Position numbers and translations under genes: made by a program
Shown here: piece by piece, positions 58,645 to 64,000 of the stretch
How the letters are laid out: each line of letters begins with the position of its first letter
Numbering within the stretch: the first letter of the stretch is position 1
Notes under the pieces: generated by a model
Database searches by the model: none
What the model saw: the letters and a program-made list of their open reading frames with translations, nothing else
What the model was told of the DNA's origin: nothing
NCBI GenBank assembly: GCA_965261735.1
Contig: OZ253470.1
Coordinates: forward strand, 4,064,001 to 4,128,000
Reading direction: 5' to 3'
DNA from: Alphaproteobacteria bacterium
GTDB lineage: Bacteria > Pseudomonadota > Alphaproteobacteria > SHVV01
Length of the DNA stretch: 64,000 nt

Positions 58645-59469
58645 CTAGTGGGACATCAGGATCGGACAGGTCATGTGGTGGAGGAGGTGGCGCGTGACGC
58701 CGCCGAGCATGAACTCGCGAAAGCGCGAGTGGCCATAGGCGCCCATCACCACGAGGTCGATACCGAACTCATGGGCTGAGTTGAGGAGCGCATCTCCGAC
58801 CTCGATGTCGCGAACGATCGTGCTCTGGGCTTCGACGCGAGCGCCGTGGCGGGCCAGATGCGTCGCTATCGCGGCCCCTGGGATGGGCTCAGCGCCCGGC
58901 GGGTTCACGGTATAGACCACGACCTGGTCCGCCCGCTCGAGGATGGGCAGCGCATCGTGGGCCGCGCGCGCCGCCTCCCGCGTTCCGTTCCACGCCAGCA
59001 TGACACGGCGACCAACGGCCTCGAAGGTACCGACGTAGGGGACGATCAGGATGGGCCGGCCGGACACGAGGGCGACCTCCTCCGGCATGTCGATGACTTC
59101 GCGCTCGTCGCCCCCGCCGCGACCGCGCTGCCCAAGCACGACGAGGTCCGCGCAGTGAAACTGGTGCGCCGGAACGCGCCAGTCGGAGCGTTCCTCGACA
59201 CGCCATTCCGAGGCCAGTCCGTACTTCTGCGCTGCCTCCTCGAAGGCCGCCTTCATCTCATCCGCTTCCGCGCGCGCTTGATCGATCTGCGGCTGAATGA
59301 TGTCGCTACCGGCGTAGATGCCGGGATAGCTCGGGATGTAGGGTGGCGCGATGAAGTAAATGGCCGTGAGGTGCGCCTCGTGGGCCTGAGCTAGGAGGCA
59401 CGCGACATCCGTGCGCTCGCTCGAGCGCTCGCCGGGACCGAGATGAAGCAGGATATCCTTGATCGCCAT
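58645..59469 (-). CDS. Universal stress protein (tandem domains)
   Basis: IKDILLHL, ADLVVLG, AWNGTREAARA, MGAYGHSR..LGGVT. Confidence 0.94.
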   Translation of the reverse strand: MAIKDILLHLGPGERSSERTDVACLLAQAHEAHLTAIYFIAPPYIPSYPGIYAGSDIIQPQIDQARAEADEMKAAFEEAAQKYGLASEWRVEERSDWRVPAHQFHCADLVVLGQRGRGGGDEREVIDMPEEVALVSGRPILIVPYVGTFEAVGRRVMLAWNGTREAARAAHDALPILERADQVVVYTVNPPGAEPIPGAAIATHLARHGARVEAQSTIVRDIEVGDALLNSAHEFGIDLVVMGAYGHSRFREFMLGGVTRHLLHHMTCPILMSH

Positions 59470-59535
59470 GCGTGCTCTCCTTTGACGGATTACCATCGCC
59501 GATAGCCCGTTCTAACCCGTTGAGGCGACTGCGCT

Positions 59536-59549
59536 TTGATCTGGATCAA
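59536..59549. promoter_or_regulatory. FNR/FixK box
   Basis: TTGAT-CTGG-ATCAA, a perfect consensus match, upstream of the USP gene. Confidence 0.85.
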
Positions 59550-59764
59550 TCGCCCCGGCGGCGCCCGCGGTCGCTGGCCACTTAACGGCGAGGGTGTTAT
59601 GAGTGGCTGCCCCGAGGGGCTCGCCGTCCTGTCTGCTCCCTTGCAGGCCCGGCGCGCGGTCGCGCCCCCAAGGCGATATTCATGACCGCTACGGAGGTTC
59701 GCTTCATGGCCGCCATCGGGCGACGTGCCGCTTGGTCGGTGGCGGCTTCACGCGACCCCGCGCG

Positions 59765-60667
59765 ATGAGCGGTACGGCGCCGCACAGAGGCGCCGGCGAC
59801 GCGAGCAGCTCCGCGGGCCGCGGAATCCTGCTCATGATGGCGAGCAGCTTCTTCCTGATCAGCAACGACGCCACGCTGAAGTGGGTTTCCACGGACCTTC
59901 CGGTCGGCCAGATGCTCTTCATTCGGGGCTGCGTGACGCTGGCGATTGTCATTTTTTTCGTGTGGCGGGCCGGTGGGATCATCGCGTTGCGCGTCGTCTA
60001 TCCGCGCGCCCAGGCGGCGCGCGCCGGGCTCGTCGTGCTGGGTACGTTCCTGTTCATCAACGCGCTTCGCCTGATGCCCCTCGCGGATGCCGCCTCGCTC
60101 GGTTCCGTCGGCCCCATCATGATCGCGGCGCTGGCCCCGTTCATGCTTGGCGAGCAGGTCGGGTGGCGGCGATGGAGCGCCGTTGTCGTGGGGTTCCTGG
60201 GCGTCGTCATCATGCTGCGGCCGACCGGCGAGGGGTTGTATTGGGCGGCGCTGCTGCCGGTCGCCGCGGCCTCGACCGGGGCCGTGCGCGACATCATCAC
60301 GCGCCGTATCATCCGGGCGGAATCGTCGATCGCGACGCTCTTCTACACCACGGTCGCCGTGACCGCCGGTGGCCTGGCCACGGCCCCCTTTGGTTGGCAG
60401 ACACCGCGTGCCGGCGATCTCGCGCTGCTGCTCATGACCGGCGTCATGCTCTCCGGCGCTCATTACCTCCAGATCGAGGCCTATCGTCACGCCGAGGCGG
60501 CGACCATCGCGCCGTTCCGCTACACCTCGCTGGTCTGGGCCACACTATTAGGCTTCCTCCTGTGGGGCGATGTGCCGGAATCCTGGACGGTCGCGGGCGC
60601 CGCCCTCGTCGTCGGCAGCGGCCTCTACATCTTCCATCGCGAAACCGTGCGCGCACGCATGTCCTGA
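59765..60667 (+). CDS. DMT/EamA transporter, paralog of 13900-14781
   Basis: NDATLKW, LGEQVGWRRWSA, RDIITRRI, APFRY. Confidence 0.92.
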   Translation: MSGTAPHRGAGDASSSAGRGILLMMASSFFLISNDATLKWVSTDLPVGQMLFIRGCVTLAIVIFFVWRAGGIIALRVVYPRAQAARAGLVVLGTFLFINALRLMPLADAASLGSVGPIMIAALAPFMLGEQVGWRRWSAVVVGFLGVVIMLRPTGEGLYWAALLPVAAASTGAVRDIITRRIIRAESSIATLFYTTVAVTAGGLATAPFGWQTPRAGDLALLLMTGVMLSGAHYLQIEAYRHAEAATIAPFRYTSLVWATLLGFLLWGDVPESWTVAGAALVVGSGLYIFHRETVRARMS

Positions 60668-60677
60668 GCCGTTCGCG

Positions 60678-61616
60678 TCAGCCCGGCGCGAGGCAGCCCG
60701 CCAAGGACTCGGCAAGATTTCGCATGAGCGCGAAATAGGCGTCGGGTCCGGGCTCGAGGTTCACGCCGAGCGGGTCGAGGATGCCGGAACGGGCCGCGCT
60801 GCCGGCGACCAGCACCGGCAGCAGAGTTGGCGCGCTCGACGGTCCGCCGAAGACGCATGTGGTGCCCGATTCGAGGATAAGGCGTCGCAGGTCGCGCAGG
60901 CTTCGCGCCCCGGGTTGGGCGGCGGGATTGGCGGCGAGGGCCGCTACCGGCGCGATCGCGAAGCGCACTTCGAAATATTGATAGGCGTCGTGAAGAACCA
61001 CGTAGGGGCGGCCGCGCGACGGCCCGAGCCGCGCTTGCAGTTCCGTCGTCAGGTCATCGAGTCGTCGTTCGAGCCGTTGCGCGTTGGCCTTGTACTGCTG
61101 GGCGTTCACCACATCGACTTCGCTCAGGACCTGGGAAGCGTGGCGCGCCATGTGCCGGGCGTTCTCAGGGTCGAGCCAGACATGGGCATCGAGGCCGCGC
61201 GCGTCGGGACCGGCGGGCTCGTGTGCGACCGTGGGTCCGCGCACGAGTCCGCCGCGCCGCGCGAGCCTCCTGACGCCCGGTACAGCGGCGAGCGCGACGA
61301 CGCGCGTTGCAGGGCCGAGGGCGGCGAGTGGCTTGGCGAGGAAGGTCTCGAGCTCTTCGCCGATCCAAAAGATCACATCGGCGGACTGAATGGCCTTGGC
61401 ATCGGAGGGGCGGAGCGACATTTCGTGCGGTGACGCGGCGCCCCGGACGAGCAGGTGCGGCTCGCCAACCCCCTCCATGATGGCGGCGACCAAGGCGTGC
61501 ACCGGCGTGATCGTGACGACGACGCCAGGGGCTCCCGCCGCCGCCCCGAAGGGAAGGCAGAAGGCGGCGATCGCAGCCACGATCGCCGAGGCCGGCGTAT
61601 TGCTACCGTATCGCAT
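60678..61616 (-). CDS. znuA: Zinc ABC transporter substrate-binding protein
   Basis: SPHE, DAHVWLDP, HDAYQYF, LDPLG; divergent from zur across a Zur box. Confidence 0.9.
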   Translation of the reverse strand: MRYGSNTPASAIVAAIAAFCLPFGAAAGAPGVVVTITPVHALVAAIMEGVGEPHLLVRGAASPHEMSLRPSDAKAIQSADVIFWIGEELETFLAKPLAALGPATRVVALAAVPGVRRLARRGGLVRGPTVAHEPAGPDARGLDAHVWLDPENARHMARHASQVLSEVDVVNAQQYKANAQRLERRLDDLTTELQARLGPSRGRPYVVLHDAYQYFEVRFAIAPVAALAANPAAQPGARSLRDLRRLILESGTTCVFGGPSSAPTLLPVLVAGSAARSGILDPLGVNLEPGPDAYFALMRNLAESLAGCLAPG

Positions 61617-61649
61617 CGCGTTGACGTTCCGCACTAGGCGAGCTGAATA

Positions 61650-61670
61650 ATATGATATAATATAACATAT
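61650..61670. promoter_or_regulatory. Zur box
   Basis: ATATGATATAATATAACATAT, a near-palindrome matching TGTTATANTATAACA with one mismatch. Confidence 0.88.
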
Positions 61671-61754
61671 CGTCGGCGAAGGATCGTGTAGTCGGACTCT
61701 TCTGTCGTTCTTCGCGACGGTGGTTGCTGGCGCACGAAGGGAAGCGCTCTGGCG

Positions 61755-62273
61755 ATGCCCACCGACACCTCGGTCCTCGTCGCGTTCAAGCCGCAGGCGC
61801 ACGATCACGGCCGCTGCGTGCGCGACTCGCTGGCGGCGGCGGCGGAGGTCTGCGCCGCTCGCGGCCTCCGTTTCACGGCGTTGCGTCGGCGCGTCCTCGA
61901 GCTCGTGCTCGGCGGGCACGAGCCGGTGCGGGCGTACGATGTGCTCGACCAGCTGGGGAGCGAGCGCCGGCGCGCCGCCCCGCCCACGGTCTACCGCGCT
62001 CTCGAGTTCCTCCTCGCCAACGGATTGATTCATCGTATCGAGTCGTTGAGCGCTTATGTTGGGTGCGGCGAGCCACGGGTCCCGCACACCGGGCAATTCC
62101 TGATCTGCGGGGTCTGCGGCTCGGCGGCGGAACTCGGCGACCTCGACATCGCCGGCCTTGTCGTTAGCAAGGCGAAGCGACTGGGCTTTCGCGTCCAGCG
62201 CCAATCCATCGAGGCCATGGGCGTTTGCCGCGCATGCGCCTCGCGTGCCCGGCGCGCGGGCCACGGAAAATAG
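61755..62273 (+). CDS. zur: Zinc uptake regulator (Fur family)
   Basis: HDHGRC, PPTVYRALEFL, HRIES, CGVC and CRAC. Confidence 0.92.
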   Translation: MPTDTSVLVAFKPQAHDHGRCVRDSLAAAAEVCAARGLRFTALRRRVLELVLGGHEPVRAYDVLDQLGSERRRAAPPTVYRALEFLLANGLIHRIESLSAYVGCGEPRVPHTGQFLICGVCGSAAELGDLDIAGLVVSKAKRLGFRVQRQSIEAMGVCRACASRARRAGHGK

Positions 62274-62277
62274 GTCC

Positions 62278-63063
62278 ATGGCGGCGGACCCCCTGGTCGC
62301 GGCCACCGGCGTTTCGGTCCGCGTCGGCGGGCGGGCAGTGCTGGATCGCGTCGACCTCGACGTCTCGCGCGGTGAAATCGTCACCCTGATCGGCCCCAAC
62401 GGCTCCGGCAAAACGACATTGGTCCGGGCGCTCCTCGGCCTCCTTGGGCCCGACGCCGGCACAGTCAGCCGCGCACCGCATCTGCGCATCGGCTACGTAC
62501 CGCAACACTTCAGCGTCGACAGTGCGCTACCCCTCACGGTCGGCCGTTTCCTGACGCTGTCGGCCAGGGCCAAACCTCGCCGCCTTGCCGAGGCGCTCGA
62601 CGATGTCGGTGCTCCGGGCCTGTTGGAGAGTCCCGTGGACGGCATATCGGGGGGCGAGCTGCGGCGCGTGCTGCTCGCCCGCGCGCTGCTCGCCGACCCC
62701 GATCTGCTCGTCCTCGATGAGCCGAGCGCCGGGGTCGACGTCGCCGGCCAAGTGGGCCTCTACGCACTCATCCGGGAGTTGCGCGAGAGGCGCCACTGCG
62801 CCGTGCTCCTGGTTTCACACGATCTGCATCTGGTCATGGCCGCGACCGACCGGGTCTTTTGCCTCAACCGTCACGTGTGCTGCACCGGCGCGCCCGAATC
62901 GGTGCGCCGCCATCCCGAGTTCATCGCGCTGTTTGGGCCCGAATGGGGCGAGCTCATGGCGCCGTATGCCCACCGCCACGATCATCACCACGCCCTGTCG
63001 GGCGAGCCGATACCGGAGGGCGGCGCGGGCGCCGCATCGACCGCCAACGCCGAGCCGTCGTAA
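62278..63063 (+). CDS. znuC: Zinc ABC transporter ATPase
   Basis: GPNGSGKTT, SHDLHLVMAATD, CLNRHVCC, HRHDHHH. Confidence 0.93.
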   Translation: MAADPLVAATGVSVRVGGRAVLDRVDLDVSRGEIVTLIGPNGSGKTTLVRALLGLLGPDAGTVSRAPHLRIGYVPQHFSVDSALPLTVGRFLTLSARAKPRRLAEALDDVGAPGLLESPVDGISGGELRRVLLARALLADPDLLVLDEPSAGVDVAGQVGLYALIRELRERRHCAVLLVSHDLHLVMAATDRVFCLNRHVCCTGAPESVRRHPEFIALFGPEWGELMAPYAHRHDHHHALSGEPIPEGGAGAASTANAEPS

Positions 63064-63068
63064 GCGCC

Positions 63069-63872
63069 GTGCTCGACGATTTCGTCATACGCGCGCTCGT
63101 TGCCGGCGTTGGCGTCGCCTTTGTGGCGGGGCCCATGGGCTGCTTCCTGGTCTGGCGGCGTATGACCTTTTTCGGCGCCGCGTTGGCTCACTCGGTACTG
63201 CTCGGCATCGCCCTCGGCCTGCTCATGACGATCAACGTCAACCTTGCCGTGGCCGCGGTCTGCGGCCTCGTCGCGCTGATGCTCGTCGGGCTGGAACGCC
63301 GAGCGAGGCTGCCCACCGACACCCTTCTCGGCATCATCGCGCATTCGATGCTCGCGGTCGGCCTCGTCGCGATTTCGCTGATGGAGCCGGTACGCGTCGA
63401 TCTCGTCGCGCTCCTCTTCGGCGACATTCTTGCGGTCACGGCGGGCGATCTCGCGCTCATCTACGCCGGCGGGGCGGCGGTCGTCGTCGTCCTCCTCGCC
63501 ATCTGGCGGCCCCTGCTGTCACTGACCGTGCACGAGGAGCTGGCCCGCGTCGATGGCGTTGCGGTGGCGCGGACGAAGCTCCTGTTCACGCTGCTCATCG
63601 CAGTCACCATCGCGGTCGCGATGAAGCTTGTCGGCATCCTGCTCATCATCTCGATGCTGGTTGTTCCGGCGGCTGCGGCGCGGCGCGTGGCGGCCACACC
63701 GGAGGCGATGGCACTTATGGCCGCGGCCATCGGTTGCGCTGCCGTTGGTGGCGGTGTCGGCGCCTCGTTGGCCTGGGATACGCCCGCCGGACCCTCGATC
63801 GTCGTGGCGGCGACGGCGATGTTCGTGGCGGCGCTGATGGTACCGGCGCGGGGCGGCCCCGCTAGCCCTTGA
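63069..63872 (+). CDS. znuB: Zinc ABC transporter permease
   Basis: [28 protein letters not shown]. Confidence 0.93.
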   Translation: MLDDFVIRALVAGVGVAFVAGPMGCFLVWRRMTFFGAALAHSVLLGIALGLLMTINVNLAVAAVCGLVALMLVGLERRARLPTDTLLGIIAHSMLAVGLVAISLMEPVRVDLVALLFGDILAVTAGDLALIYAGGAAVVVVLLAIWRPLLSLTVHEELARVDGVAVARTKLLFTLLIAVTIAVAMKLVGILLIISMLVVPAAAARRVAATPEAMALMAAAIGCAAVGGGVGASLAWDTPAGPSIVVAATAMFVAALMVPARGGPASP

Positions 63873-64000
63873 CGCAAACGAGCGGCACCACCTTGGCTAC
63901 CTTGCGCGCGAGCCCAGCCGCGGCGGTGACATCGACCACGGCGCTTACGTCCTTATAGGCGCCGGGAGCCTCCTCGGCGACGCCGCGTTGGCTCGGGCTG
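63862..64000 (-). CDS. rtcB: RtcB RNA ligase, 3' end (partial; not in the ORF track)
   Basis: Minus-strand translation [33 protein letters not shown]. Confidence 0.88.
   Translation of the reverse strand, partial: SPSQRGVAEEAPGAYKDVSAVVDVTAAAGLARKVAKVVPLVCVKG

Noticed and set aside
63862-64000. Functional link between rtcB and the NHEJ operon
   Set aside because: They are about 58 kb apart with unrelated genes between them

Overview
High-GC bacterial chromosomal segment, probably Alphaproteobacteria (it carries a GTTC-N7-GTTC LexA-type box and FNR/FixK boxes). From left to right: (1) an NHEJ operon ligD-ku, extended by a BRCT/HTH/TPR protein and a DUF72 gene; (2) a catabolic island for an unknown N-containing aromatic compound, with hydrolases, an amidase, a VOC enzyme, orphan Rieske oxygenase alpha subunits, three-domain Rid proteins and FAH proteins; (3) an IS630 copy, then a ~6 kb scar of short, unrelated gene fragments (ABC substrate-binding protein, ferredoxin, cytochrome P460, LysR, integrase, IS6, IS1595) that includes one solitary type I-E CRISPR repeat; (4) a second Rieske/Rid/FAH cassette; (5) a surface-glycan cluster for a diacetamido-uronic-acid sugar; (6) an EF-hand/ECF sigma/anti-sigma/MacAB operon; (7) a second, inverted IS630 copy; (8) dmpF/dmpG, ChaC, an FNR-box-preceded USP gene, znuA/zur/znuCB with a Zur box, and the 3' end of rtcB. 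The best candidate for an undescribed system is the four-gene NHEJ operon with its BRCT-HTH-TPR accessory protein. All calls come from reading motifs by eye; no database searches were run.
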